Assembly: GCA_012295275.1 (NCBI GenBank) | Contig: CM022665.1 | Coordinates: 1,612,001-1,676,000 of the forward strand | Reading direction: 5' to 3' | DNA from: Chrysomallon squamiferum | Lineage: Eukaryota; Animalia; Mollusca | DNA length: 64,000 nt | Shown: positions 27,183-52,550 of the stretch, one piece after another | Numbering within the stretch: position 1 is the first letter of the stretch | Layout of the letters: every line of letters begins with the position of its first letter | Made by a program: the position numbers and the translations under genes | The notes under the pieces: model-generated | Seen by the model: the letters and a program-made list of their open reading frames with translations, nothing else | The model's database searches: none | Told to the model about the DNA's origin: nothing

Positions 27183-27400
27183 CAGCAACGGACCCATGTT
27201 CTGAAGCTTGAACTGTCGTGGGGCCCTTTGCAAGCAGTAACAATGTCTGGGAAACCACTGTGATTTAATGGCTCGTTCCATGACAGATAACCATAATCTT
27301 TATTATTAATTAGTGTTTTATTTTTTTTTTTATTATTATTTTTTTTTTTTAAACCATTGCATCTCAAATTATAATTAAAATTTTGAAGCAACGTGGATTA

Positions 27401-27438
<38 letters not shown>

Positions 27439-27503
27439 GGGGCCCTCTGTATTTTGAGCCACTCACGCTTAAGCTTCATTAGTTTCATCATAGATCCGCC
27501 CCT
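27183..27503. mobile_element. MITE-like element with CAGNGGCGGATC-type terminal inverted repeats
   Basis: Ends are CAGCAACGGACCC and GATCCGCCCCT. The right end is the reverse complement of the sequence at 56194-56240, and the left end shares TGAAGCTTGAACTGT with 28813-28870. Confidence 0.6.
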
Positions 27504-27937
27504 AGCTACAGCTAGGGTAGGGGAAAAAATATAATAACCATCAACGAATTTGCTATAAATCATTCGTATAGACGCCAAAGCCCCTGACATTATACCCACC
27601 ATATCAATTATGTTTTAAATTTGAAGGTTAAATTTATGCCACATATTGATTATATTTTGTTTAATGCATAATCATAAATTCACACCATTAAAATTATATA
27701 GCTGTAGATTGTGTATGTTTTTTAATACTTCAGTTCATAAATTTAAATTACATGCTTGTATAATGTATTACTTATAACAATCTTCTTATCTACCTTATTT
27801 TATTGCAGTCATTTTTTATTTTCTACATACATTATAAAAAAGAAAAATACCACTCTGTTATATTAATTTCTCACAAATAATATAATTATGCTATTGGCAA
27901 AATATGAATAATTCTGATATAATATTGTTTATGTATG

Positions 27938-28092
27938 CTCTTTAAATTTTATGAAAAATATTTTAGACAAATATTTAACTAACTAAATTATCTGCATTTA
28001 ATTAAACAATATATCTTTCAAGATAATTATTAATTCACTGAAATACTGAATAACTATGAGGCCACTGATGAATGAAAAATATATTATTTCGT
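27938..28092 (+). repeat. Diverged ~155-bp direct repeat, copy 2
   Basis: Aligns by eye with 25635-25790. Confidence 0.75.
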
Positions 28093-28448
28093 TTTTTTAT
28101 AAACTGATCGTGATAATAATCTTCCTTTACATAAGTAAAAAAAAATACGTGTGTAGATTTTCAGGAAATAACAATATAAAGGTCTCATGTTCAATCGAAT
28201 GAGCTCTGCACGTGGTGCTTTACATTGTTGTATCGTATTAAAGTTTTAACGGGCTGGCAAAATTGCCTATAATTGTTTCATGATTTCTAAATGATTTGGA
28301 ACGTAATGTTGAATACAGGATTATTCTATGACAATGTAACAAATGATTCTTAACGCTAGTGGAACCTTCACAGTGCTTATCCATGTATATTAAATTAATG
28401 TAAGATTGTCAGATAAAGAATAATAATTTAACAAAGAAATGTATGTAC

Positions 28449-28449
28449 C

Positions 28450-28502
<53 letters not shown>
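28449..28502. repeat. (ATT)n microsatellite
   Basis: Pure trinucleotide run. Similar runs occur at about 23125-23160, 26198-26240, 29190-29250, 52322-52395, 54583-54643 and 55650-55742. Confidence 0.95.
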
Positions 28503-28812
28503 TAGTTCCAAGATAATAGAAACTTGTAACGCATATCAACTTCTAAACTATCTGCAGCTTTCAGAATGCAGTTCTTTTTATTTGGCTATCGTGCAAATTT
28601 CTGATTAACGCAGTATTGTAACTGCATGCTTAAAAGCCAATTCGACTAATCTACTTAAATCTGTCACAGAAAGCAATCATGTGTGGTTAATTAGCTGTAA
28701 ATGTTAACCAAATTATTAAACCTGTATTTATACAGTAAGTTCTGCAATAGTTATATTATAAAATAAGGTGAATAATTATAATTATCTTATATGTGTATTC
28801 ACTGTATACAAA

Positions 28813-28970
28813 CAGTGGCGGATCTGCATTTGGGAGGGGGGGCTTGAAGCTTGAACTGTTATTAGGGCCATGACAGATCATCATTAACATAAACCAAAAA
28901 AACAACAAAAATAACTATATAAATATTAAATAAACAAATAACTACGGAATCTCAGAATTTTAAGCAGTGC
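28813..28970 (+). mobile_element. Partial copy of the same MITE-like family
   Basis: Starts CAGTGGCGGATCTG and contains TGAAGCTTGAACTGT and AATTTT-AAGCA, shared with 27183-27503. Confidence 0.5.
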
Positions 28971-29186
28971 TGACTAACGTAACCTTTGTGGGCCTTCCTC
29001 TAGATTAGCTCAAGATTTGTTAGTGTTATATATCATCTAAACAAAATATTAGTCATGTCATAATCATGATCAAGTATAATACGTCTTCACTGAGCTATGT
29101 TTTTTCGTGCACTGACATTCTCAAGTGAAGTATTTTCTCTGTTGAATCAGTTCGGTGCTATACACTTAGGTGCTGATTTTATTTTA

Positions 29187-29251
<65 letters not shown>

Positions 29252-29456
29252 GATTTAAGACCACATCATGCAGTGTACACGTGATGTTGCTCAACTGGAT
29301 ATAACGGTAACTGAACTTTCATTAGATTTCCTTCCATTGTTGAATATTCTGTTTTCAAACATGATATGAAAGCATGCACCCCCTGCAGGGCCTCGAATTT
29401 CAGTTGGGATTGATAGTTTGTTAGTAGAGAGTTCTCTCCCTTCGGATATTGCCAAC

Positions 29457-29685
29457 ATGAACGATTTGGAAGAAGTGAAACGTCTGCAAGCTGAATTTCA
29501 GCTTGTGCAGCTGAGTACTTCAAAACAAAAGTAGGTGTATGTGTTTTATAGAAATAAACAATTGTTCCTTTCCGGCTACTCTGCCGTCATGATTACATAT
29601 AGTTAGTTTTTCAGCTAAACAAAAAGTATAACAATTTTAGTGAACCATATTGTTATTGACATTATAATGATAATTATTAATTTCT

Positions 29686-29728
<43 letters not shown>

Positions 29729-32700
29729 ACGATGATAAAAAAAAGTGTTGTCTTAAATTAATTATTTTTTTTAACAATGTTTCAGATTGTCTGAAAGGAA
29801 TATTATTGAACTGGTGAGCAAACTTGTGGAACTACGACTCATTGATGTGATTTACACTATAGATGGAAAAGAATATCTCACTCACCAAGAACTTGCTAAG
29901 GAAATCAAAGATGAACTCATTGTTCATGGAGGTATTTATATATCAGAATGTTATCATAGACCATACTGAAGGATTCTTTGACAGTGTGTTGATTCTTTGG
30001 TAATCTTACTGTTTATGATAATCCTTTTTAGCAGACGTTTTACACATTATTTTGCAGAATTATTTTGTTTTATTAAATTATTACTAGTACAATTAGAAAA
30101 CGTCATTAAACTTAATAAACCACGTTTTGTTTGATGAATCAACCAAATTAAATTAAATTTTGATCAACAAAATTTTATCTTATTATTATTATTATATTTT
30201 CAGTAAAGTGAATTTAAAATCATATTATTATTAATTATTATTGTAATTATCTAAAATTTTCATATATCCAATATTCATTGCAGGTCGCATCAACCTTGTT
30301 GATCTGCAGCCAATTCTCAATGTTGATTTGGTCCACATTCAGAACAAAGTTGCTGAACTTGTTGGTCAAGACCGTGATCTTTGCCTGGTTCTTGGCCAGC
30401 TCATCAACAGGTAATTGTTTTAAATAGTTAGGTCAGTATTTAATGCACAAATATATTTTTAATTTATTTTAATTTTTACGATTATTATTATTATTATTAT
30501 TATTTATTTTATTTTTTATTTTTATTTTTTGTATGACATTGCTTTTGTCAGAAAGATCAGAATTTCTTTTTATGACTGAAACAGGAAAATACAATAAATT
30601 TGCAGTTAGCTGTAATTGCGCAGTTTTTATACTAGAAGTCACTAGTGCACAAATCTTGTCTTTATTTCAACAAAAGCTGCAAACTCTTTCTATCACGAAG
30701 ACAGATTTAATAATATATATTACAGAAGTAGCTAATAATAATATTTTATTCATAAACACCCCTCCCAATTATTTTTATTCATTAAATAATTTAGATCTTA
30801 TCAAGATCAGCTGGCAGAGGAAATAAATGACAGACTTCAGGAAAAGGGACAAGTAACAATTGCAGAACTTACCAAGTTGTATGATCTGCCAGCAGAATTT
30901 CTTTCAGAGGTAATGTCCTTAGCATAGTTAAGGATTTAAATCTCAGAGTAGAAAAAAACAGTTCTATAATTTGTCTGCCATCATATTTGAAGAACAAATA
31001 TGTACTTTATAATGTAAAAATATACTTGATTACATCTTTAATCAGTGGATTAATAACTTTTGAAAGATGATTTTGGATTGAAATGTAGACACAAAGTAAC
31101 CTGTTGTTTTTGCTAGAGAAGACAATGTTTACTTTGAACATACCTTGAAAAAACATTCGTTTATACCTGTATTTTTCAGCAAAAAGGTCACTATAGAGTG
31201 CTCTAAGAAATGATTCTATCAAATGAAGGGCTTTCCTTGACAAACTATTAAGGGCCAATAATTTTATTTTCTACTTCATCAAAAGTGATTTTATATTAGT
31301 TTCTAATGTTCCTAATGAACTATCCCTTATATTTACTTTTGACATATAATGTAATGTTTACAAAAACAAATTGTATATTCCAGGATAATCTATATTTTGA
31401 TGTCTAATTATTTTGTAAGAAATTATTTTAATATATTAACTGTTGTGTGTTTTTTCTCAGTTGATTAACTACCGACTTGGTACAGTTATCCAAGGTCAGA
31501 TTGACAACTTTGATAGAGATATGGTGTTTACAGAAGCCTTTGTGTCTCGAATGAAAGCTGTGATCAGAGGAGCATTTAGTGCAGTCACAAGGTAAAAATA
31601 TTTTATGTATCATAATAGTTAATATCTGCCATAAGATTCAGTTTTGATCAGTTGTGGAGTATTTAATTATAATTTTAAAATGGCAAATATTTGAGAATAA
31701 GTTTAAAAAATATATATTTTGTGTGTGTTATTCATAACCTAGATGATATAATTATCTATTTTGCTTATTTTATAGACCAGTGGTTGTTCAAGGTATTATG
31801 CATCAACATAGATGTCAAGAAAGACTGTTTTTCTGTAAGTTGAAAATTAATATGAAATTATTCTGGGAAATTAATGACTGTAACTGAAATATGTTTTAAT
31901 TTAAAAAATTATTTCCCTTGTTTACTGACGTTATCAACCTATTACAGTTTTCAGTAGGCAGTTTAGAAACCAGATCATAACTGCACTTTATTTTAATATT
32001 CATTTTATGCATATTTATTTTTAAAATAAATCAATGTCTGTGGAACAGTGAAAATTATTTATAAATGTTATCCATTTTAGCAATTTTGGATGAACTTATT
32101 CGCAGTGGAAGACTAGCAGGCAGTATTTCTGGAGGACGACAAGAGAAAGCAACCTATATGCCAGAAATATATACCAAATCTCAAAATGAATGGGTTGATT
32201 CATTTTATAAGCAAAATGGCTATTTAGGTATGTTTTTTGTGAATTCATATGAAACTTTATTTTACTTTTAAGGAAATAAACTGAAAGAAATTTCTAAAGG
32301 ATATATTTTTATAAACTTGGATATGTTGAAAGTTACTAATGCAAGCATGAAAACTTGTCACTCTTAACATAATGTATCCTAAGTGAAAGGCTTTGTGTAA
32401 TTAGCCATTGATAATGTAAATTGATGGGAACTGTTCTCATTCAGTATCTGTAAATTGTTTTCTTTCATTTTAATTTGTCTATATAGTTTCTGAACTGCAT
32501 AATTTACTGTTATTTACATGATTAATTTTAGGCCTGCAACATTTTTCCTTATGTTTTTAAAGATTTATAAACCTACCTAAATTTCAAAGAGATGTGTGAA
32601 TGTTGGGTGAGGTATCTGGGCATATTGCTCAAAAATATAGAAAGTTCTTCTGGATTGGTTGTTTCCCATATCCTTGTTTCTGTCCACAAAAATAATTGTG

Positions 32701-35700
32701 TATTTATTTTAATTTTATTTGCAGAATATGATACACTGTCACGCCTTGGAATCACAGATTGTAAAAACTATATCAAAAAACGTTTCAAGGATGAACAGTT
32801 GGTTTATCTTAGCACTTGTTGTTGTGGCAAGGCAATACAGGATCAAATAGAATCCAGTGTTGATGAAGCCTTATCATCTGGAATATGGGTTGATATTACG
32901 GTAAGATAAGAGATAATAGCAAGTATATGAGAAGTTGTTTTTCTGAGTTTGTTAATTAAAGTTCAAATATAGATAAAGTTATTTTGATCAAGACTTTTTT
33001 TCCCCCATATTCAATGACTATCAGCTTATATGTTATTTTCAGAGTGTTTTACCATCAGTATTTAGTCTGAAGGATGCAAATCAACTTTTGACAACATATA
33101 TCAAATCTCATCCTGGTGCAATACTTTGTAGTGATTCCATAGTAGCCAGTGAGTCATTAATTCAAGATTGCAGTAAACCATTTGAATCACTCATGACATC
33201 AAGAGCTGAAAAAGTAGGTTTTATGTTATTCTATTTCACACAGCAGCAATTTTTTAAATAATAGATTTACTTTATTTCATTTTTAAAAACTAAGATGTTT
33301 CCTTTTTCATTTAATAACTATTGCAATTTTAGATTTTACTTGATTTCATTTTGTATCAGTAAAATTATTTTTAAAAATAACTTTTTCATATTTGTGACAG
33401 TTTAACATAGTTTAACTGTGTTTTCTTTGATTTTATTTTTTATTTCAAGTATCTTATGTTTTTTTTTTGCATTTAATTGTAATTAATATAAATTTTGATT
33501 TAGGATATCAAGTCCAACCCAGTATTCACAGACTCTGGGAAGAAAGGTACAAGCATGAAGGTAGCAGGTCTTGATGATGGCAGTTCAGCAAGAGAAGACA
33601 AGAAAGATCAGAGAAGAAAGAAAGCTGCAAGTAAGATCACTGACAAAATGTACAGAATAACTCAAACTTATGATTTACAACCACGGAACTTTAAAATAGC
33701 TGATGTTTGGTACTTCCCAGAAGTTCTTTGAAAAATCATCTAAACACCATTTCATTATTCTTTTTGCCTCTATGTTATATATTAATATTAAACTAATACA
33801 ATGTCCAAATTTTATATTTTGTTTTACTTGCCACTTTCAGCAACAACAAAGAGTGGTGGAGGAACACAGGGCCGAGAAATCAAAACTAAATCAACAAAAA
33901 AGAAGTCCAGAAATAAAGATGCAGATGATGACTCTGATGATGAACACACGTCTCACACACACAGTAAACAGCAGGAAATCACATTCATGAATGTTAATGA
34001 AATTGAAGATGTCCTTCGGAAACAGGATCAGCTTGCAGAATGTCCTGAAGAACTAATAAGTGCAATTGCAGCCAGGTTGTGCAGGTACCCATGAACCCCC
34101 TCCCCCATGAAGTCAGAAAATTATTTTAAATTACTGTTATATTACTTTATGAGATATGTATGTTTTAAAGTAAGAAAACAAAACCACATAATATAGAGTA
34201 TCAGGTGCATTGTACATTGTGGTAAATTCATTACTTTAAATTTAATTTAATGCTTATATTCTGGGAACTTAAAAAGTTTTATAAACTTTTTATAATTTAT
34301 TTAGAATACTGTCTTAAAATTGTATATTCCTGAAAATTGTATATTTAAAAAAATAAAATGTTCCCTGTTCTTCATCATTCAGAAATTTCAGGTTGTATTA
34401 ATACATTCAGTTCTTAAATGGTAACTGTTGCTTTTTTGTTTTTATATATTTGTGAAGAGATTTATTCAGAAAAAAATGAAAAGGATCTTTTTTAATTATT
34501 TCTTTAATTTTGATTGTTGGAGCATATTGCTGTGTATTTCAGTACATATTTGGAAAACTTTCAAATGCAGTTCTGTCCACTCTGCACTTGTGTGACAGTG
34601 CATTTTAAAATATGGTAACTTGTTATGTTTTAATAAAATTACAATTTTAGAAACTTAATTGCTTCTCCTCTTTAACATTTTTAATGACATATTTGAATGA
34701 ATTTTCTGTTTTTCAGACCATTGTCAAAGCAGTACCAGGAGATAGCCAAGTCCATATTTCTGCAGTCAGCTGGTACAGCTTCAGGATCAGACAGAAAGAA
34801 AACTCATGGAGATCTCCAGGAAAAACTAAATGGCCTTTGGTCAAACATTAAATTATTTGAAAAGGGGTTGAAATTATTTCCAGGTATGATAAAATGTTAA
34901 ATATTTTACTTTAATTATTATCATTATTATTTTTATTTTTTTTATTTTAAGTTTAAACCAATCATTTTATATAAATTTCAACTTAAAGTCTATCATTGTG
35001 TAAATTGAATGATAAATTATAGACATTATAAAAAAGTGAATATGGTATTTTGAACATTTAAATAATATTTCATGCCTGTTCTGTATTTGCAATTAAATAA
35101 TATAACTGCATAAATAAATAAATAATACTATAACAAAAGTAAACATAAAATTAAATTAATAAGTTATTTATGACCACACGTTTAATGCTTTGTTTATCAA
35201 TTTGCAGATGAGGTTCAGTCTCAGTTGACAAAACATCTGTTAAAAAGCCTTTGTACTGATATTTCAAACATGGTCATCAATTACATTGCCACAGATAACA
35301 TGCTGTCAGTATCAGAAGAATTGCAGATTACACCAGAGGTAAATTTCCACTAAAATAATTCACTTAAAATTAGTCAGTAATTTGTTATTCCAAGTTAAAC
35401 ATGCAAAATAAAACCAAAACAAATATTTATTTTAATAATTTGATTGATCTCTTATTAAAAAATGTTCTTTAATGTTATTTACTGCAATTACAAAGGAATA
35501 GAGTTATGAAATGAAAGCTAAATTCACTTATTTAATCTCAATTTATGACAGGCCAGACTCAAGATCATCAGCAAACTGCCCACTGAGATCCAAGGATCTC
35601 TGACAAAGCTACATCTCTCTCTGAACAATAAGGTAAATCTTTACAACAGACACCTTGTATTTCATATAAAACTTTCATCCTAGTCTCTCTAGAAGAATGG

Positions 35701-37110
35701 AACACAACAACGTTTTGTGAAGCAATAATTTTGTATTAGTATTTCTGGCAATCTTCCTTACATATTGTCATGTCCACTCCAAGAAAAAAGCAGCATTTTA
35801 AAACAACAAAATAAATTACATTAATGTTTTTATATAGTAATCCTACATGTATACTATGCAGTTTAATCAAGGCAAAAGTTTTAACAAACATGTTTAAAAA
35901 CTGCAAAAAACACTTTGTTGTGATTGAGTTTGCTTGGAAATTGTTTTGGAAATTTGGATTTATGAACTTTGGAATATTTTGGTGAAGGTACGGAAATTTT
36001 TGAAGCCGAAGGTGTACGAATCCTGTTAAGAGGTTGTTTCATTTTTTGGAATTTGTACAGGCATAGGAAAAAGGATCTTCATTACAATGTTACAATTCAT
36101 TTTCATTATTCCCATAATTTATATCTATTATTTATATATTATAAATACCTCCTTCTATTTTTTTCCTCTCTTTTTTTTTTTTATAAAGAATGTAGATGAG
36201 TTTTGTTCTAGTCTGGAATACCTCTGTGGTCCTGAGCATCTTGGTATTTTGTTAAAGAAACTGGATAAGAAAAAAGAAAGGTAATTTTTTACTTAAAAAC
36301 CTTTATAATATTTGCCTAATTTGATGATTTTTTATAACAGAAACATGCTTTAAAAAGTGCATTTGCATTATTTAACAAAAAGTTTTGACTTAATTAATTA
36401 AGTTGTTGATTATAACATTTACTGACTGAGAGAATTGAATATCAACTCAAAAATGAGGAAGAAGAAAATGTGAATGTTTATGGTATTACACATTATTTAA
36501 ATAAAACATTTATTGCAGACAAATTGTATTTGCCCACCGCCAAACCCTGGCTGAACAGCTGAGACAGGAAACTGAACCAGCCATGACTCTTCACTTAGCT
36601 TCAGTGATACTCTTCCAGACATTTACAAACAACATCATACATGTCCCTGGCCGCCTTGTGCCACAAGTTGTTCACTTTCTTGCAGAATATTTAGAGAAAG
36701 ATTTGCATGAAAAGCTTGTTAATTTACAAGGTAATTCCTTTAAATGCTTTTTTTTTCTTTTTTTCTTTTTTTTCCTATTTTTTAAATCTATTTTTGGTCA
36801 TTACAGATTTTTTTTTGATTTTTTTTTTTTAAAAACACCCTAAAAATCTGATGTTTGTTGATTCTGATCTAAAAACTGTTTTAAATAAATAAATAAATAT
36901 ATATATGTGAACATTGAAAATCCTGCTTTAATTTTATTTTCAGAACTTGTCGTTAAGCATGCAAAATTTGGTGGTGATTCCACTGCACCTAAAACACAGA
37001 CTGAAGAAATTGAAACACAGATGAAGGAACTTCTGCCTGCTGTTAAGGAAATTGCTCTGACTGCCAAGAAAAATAATGCTTTGCAACAAGAATCAAAAGA
37101 TGAAGCTTGA
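29457..37110 (+). CDS. UFL1: E3 UFM1-protein ligase 1, complete, 17 exons, ~788 aa
   Basis: Exons 29457-29530, 29786-29931, 30284-30410, 30795-30909, 31461-31591, 31776-31834, 32081-32227, 32725-32900, 33043-33213, 33504-33630, 33841-34084, 34717-34883, 35208-35338, 35552-35632, 36189-36280, 36519-36730, 36944-37110. All are GT-AG and phase-consistent (2367 nt). Motifs: [70 protein letters not shown]. Confidence 0.96.
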
Positions 37111-38246
37111 GTATTGATTTTACAAAAACGGATATGAACTCATTAAAGTAATTATCACTAGTTATTTTGGTCATTTCTGGATTATTTCCCACAGTTAAGT
37201 TATAAATAAAGGTAATTGCACATAATTACTTGATGAAAGAACTGATTATATTTAAATATCCATTTCACACTGGTTATTATATACAGCATGTTGTTGTTCA
37301 AGTTATTTTTCATGACAAAATGTACATTTCACCACCAAAATGATTTAAATCCATTTTTCGGATTTTCTAACCTTTGTTAATGAACTGAGAATAAGTCAGT
37401 TAATTTTATGTCCACAAAAAAATAAAGAACGGGTGTTGGAGTTTGTTACTAGATAAAATATTATATTTACTGGTTATTAAATCATATTTTTCTATATATA
37501 TATATATTTTTTTTTTTTTCCTATTTGATTTCTGACTACTGCTGCATTTCAGAACATTCTGTGGAAAGTAGTATTTATAATGTTATTGAAAATAAGTGTG
37601 CATTATAAAAGAACTGAAATATATAAATAAATATTAATATTTTACTGTGTTGATTAATCTATTACAATTATATAAATAAAATGGGGCTAAAAAATATTTT
37701 TTTAAATAAAATCTTGATATTTGCACAGTACATAAGCTTAGTTGATCCTGCTTTCTAATCCATTACTTATTCTGCCTTGATGAATTGCAGATTAAAGAAA
37801 TACTGTTAAGATTTCTGATAAAAATATATTAGAAAGATGTTTATCTCCTGTGGCAATACATTTTAATAAACACTTTTTTAAAATGTAAAAAAAAAATTTC
37901 ACTGCCAGAAAATTCACTGGTTAACAGTGATGTTACAGAATTTAACAAAAGAAAGAAATATCTTAATACATTATATTCAGTGTTTAACAGGATAAAATAA
38001 CAGAACAGTGATAACTAAAATTATTTTTTTATTCTGAAAAATAAGCAAATGAAATAACATAGTAATTCATTGATGAAAGCTTAAAAATGCAACCACCTTC
38101 ACTTATTCTAAACAAACAGTTGTAAAAAAAAAATGTATATTTACAATTTTTGAAATCAACTGTAGACCAGGTTTAATAATTCAAATACATAATTAAATAG
38201 GTTTCAATCTAGGAACAGCAAGTATCATATAATGATACAATGGAAA

Positions 38247-38652
38247 TTAATGAGCTGTATACACTAATACAGCAATTTTATTTCATTCCAGAATGTGACA
38301 TTTTTCACTGAAATGCTTTCTTAAATAAAACTACCAAGTAAAATAAATACTAATGTAAAATGTGTCTTAAAATTTAACTATACTAATGTACTGAAAACAA
38401 TTAGGCCTAATATATAAAAATAACCAACAACTGTTTTGGTTGATCTTAATAAGATCACATAATCATACAGTGTAATTTAATGAGCTGTATACAGCAATTT
38501 TATTTTGTTCAGAATGTGACATTTTTCATTGAAATGCTTTCTACTAATGTAAAATGTATCTGAAAATAACATTAAACCACACTACTGTATTGACAACAAT
38601 TAGGCCTAATATATAACAATAAGCTACCAACTATTGTTTTGGTTGATCTTAA
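38247..38652. repeat. Diverged tandem duplication (~200 + ~175 bp) downstream of the KDM1A stop, probably in its 3' UTR
   Basis: Units 38247-38450 and 38477-38652 share TTAATGAGCTGTATACA, AGAATGTGACATTTTTCA.TGAAATGCTTTCT, ACAATTAGGCCTAATATATAA and TGTTTTGGTTGATCTTAAT. Confidence 0.85.
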
Positions 38653-38879
38653 TTTGTTTTTGGTCTTGCCTAACATTAAAATACATATACTGCAATTACA
38701 ATTAAACATACTGAAAAAATGATCACAAGATAACATTATTTCATTGACTGCCACAAGACAACCCTGTTATAATTTTATAAGTTCAATACAGCAAAAACTG
38801 CACACATCTCAGTGAGTTCATGGAAGAAGAAGACAGAACAGAAAGAGAAAATCCATATTCTCATTTCTGATTATTCATC

Positions 38880-50867
<11,988 letters not shown>

Positions 50868-51129
50868 TTTTTAGAAACTTATTTTAGAATTTACAGATAT
50901 TAATACAATTTAGAACTTACAAAGCTCCGCTTTGTTTACAACAGCGCCCTCTTTATACCACCTGCTATGTCTCGATTCCAGGAACTTCCTTGTTTATGAA
51001 AATCGAGGTTATTTAAGGCCCTTTCTGGGTGGGATGGGGGAGAGAAGAAATTAAAAAAATAACAATAAAAACAACTCTTAAAACTTATTGAAAAAAAGAA
51101 AAAGGAAAGAAAAAAAGATGCTATTTTTA

Positions 51130-51913
51130 GGTATGTGCAAATAACCCATTTCTTTCCCGTAGGATATTTCCGAGATCCTTGCTGGGCGGCAGCCAGTCCA
51201 ACGCATTGAGCCAAGAGACGTCTTCCAAAATTCTCTTCTATCGGTCCATTTGAAAAATCTCTTTAAAGAAACTTAGTTTGATGATGTAGTATACATATCT
51301 TTCTACAGCCTGGTTTTCGATTTTTGACTATTGATCAAGGAGAAGTTTATCAAATTTTTGACGAAAGAAATCTTTATGGAAACCCCAGCAAAATCATCGA
51401 GCATTGAAAAAATCTGCTTATTAACTACTCTTCTGCTTAATTTCAACAAATCTTATGATTGCGATCGATGATTCTGTGGTTGCGAAAAACTGGCGCTTTC
51501 TGACTGGAGTTTTTGAGAATTACATAATTAAGGCGTACGATAAATTTGAGCTAATTAGTTCGATTAATTAATTAATTAAAATGCATGGGTATTAGCAACT
51601 TGGTCAAAAGTATCTTACAGTTTTAGAACTCCTCAAAATCATAATTTTAATATATAATGCATGTATAGTGGATTAAAGTTCTCTGAGATATTCAGTGTTT
51701 GTATTAGAAAATGACAGAAACGAATCACAGTTTCTCACCAGATTATGAATGAAAAAATACCCGCAAATTTTATTCCGATAAAAATTCGTTACTTTTTTCA
51801 TATCAATACTGTCAAAGAGATCTTGGTATCATCTTAATATGAATTTTTTTGCTCTTTTTAATGATGTATAATGGTTTAGGAAAATAATAATTTTAAAAAT
51901 TTTGTCACATACC
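51130..51913. mobile_element. Non-autonomous DNA transposon (TIR element, ~785 bp) between KDM1A and the GH3 gene
   Basis: Left end TA|GGTATGTGCAAA; right end TTTGTCACATACC|TA (reverse complement GGTATGTGACAAA). TA flanks both sides, no transposase ORF, CpG-containing interior. Confidence 0.7.
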
Positions 51914-52320
51914 TATTAATTCATTGTTATTTATCCCGCTGTTAGACGGCAAATCAAATTTTTATATGAATTTATTGTTTAGAATCTCATAACAAAAATA
52001 AATGGTTTTTCGTGTTTGTCATGGTGAAAAGTTGTAGAGGCACGATTTGACAACTTGTTTAGAATCTCTCAATTGTATGGATGGGTGGATATATTTATAT
52101 GTGTACGTACATACGTGTTTATGTGTAAAATTTGTATAGGTGAATGGATGGATGGACTGATGAAGTACTAATAATTTAATATTCATGTCGTATTACATAA
52201 TTATCAAAGACACAGGTCACTGGTTTAAAAACTTGACAATAAGAAACAAAATGTATGCGTTCTTTCTATAATGAGTAAATGTTACATATCATACATTGTA
52301 ATGAGATGAAATATAAGTCA

Positions 52321-52398
<78 letters not shown>

Positions 52399-52550
52399 TT
52401 CATTTAAATATATATGTCAGAATTCAAATAAAACTATGTTATAAAACCTATAATGAGATGATACGGCCATAGTGAGCGGGAATTGATGGTTTTAAAAATT
52501 CCCGCCACAAATATACTGATATCATGTGATTAGATCATGTGATTACTAAA

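Noticed and set aside
50936-51214. 92-aa ORF upstream of KDM1A
   Set aside because: Non-ATG start, spans the promoter and a TIR-element end, low complexity.
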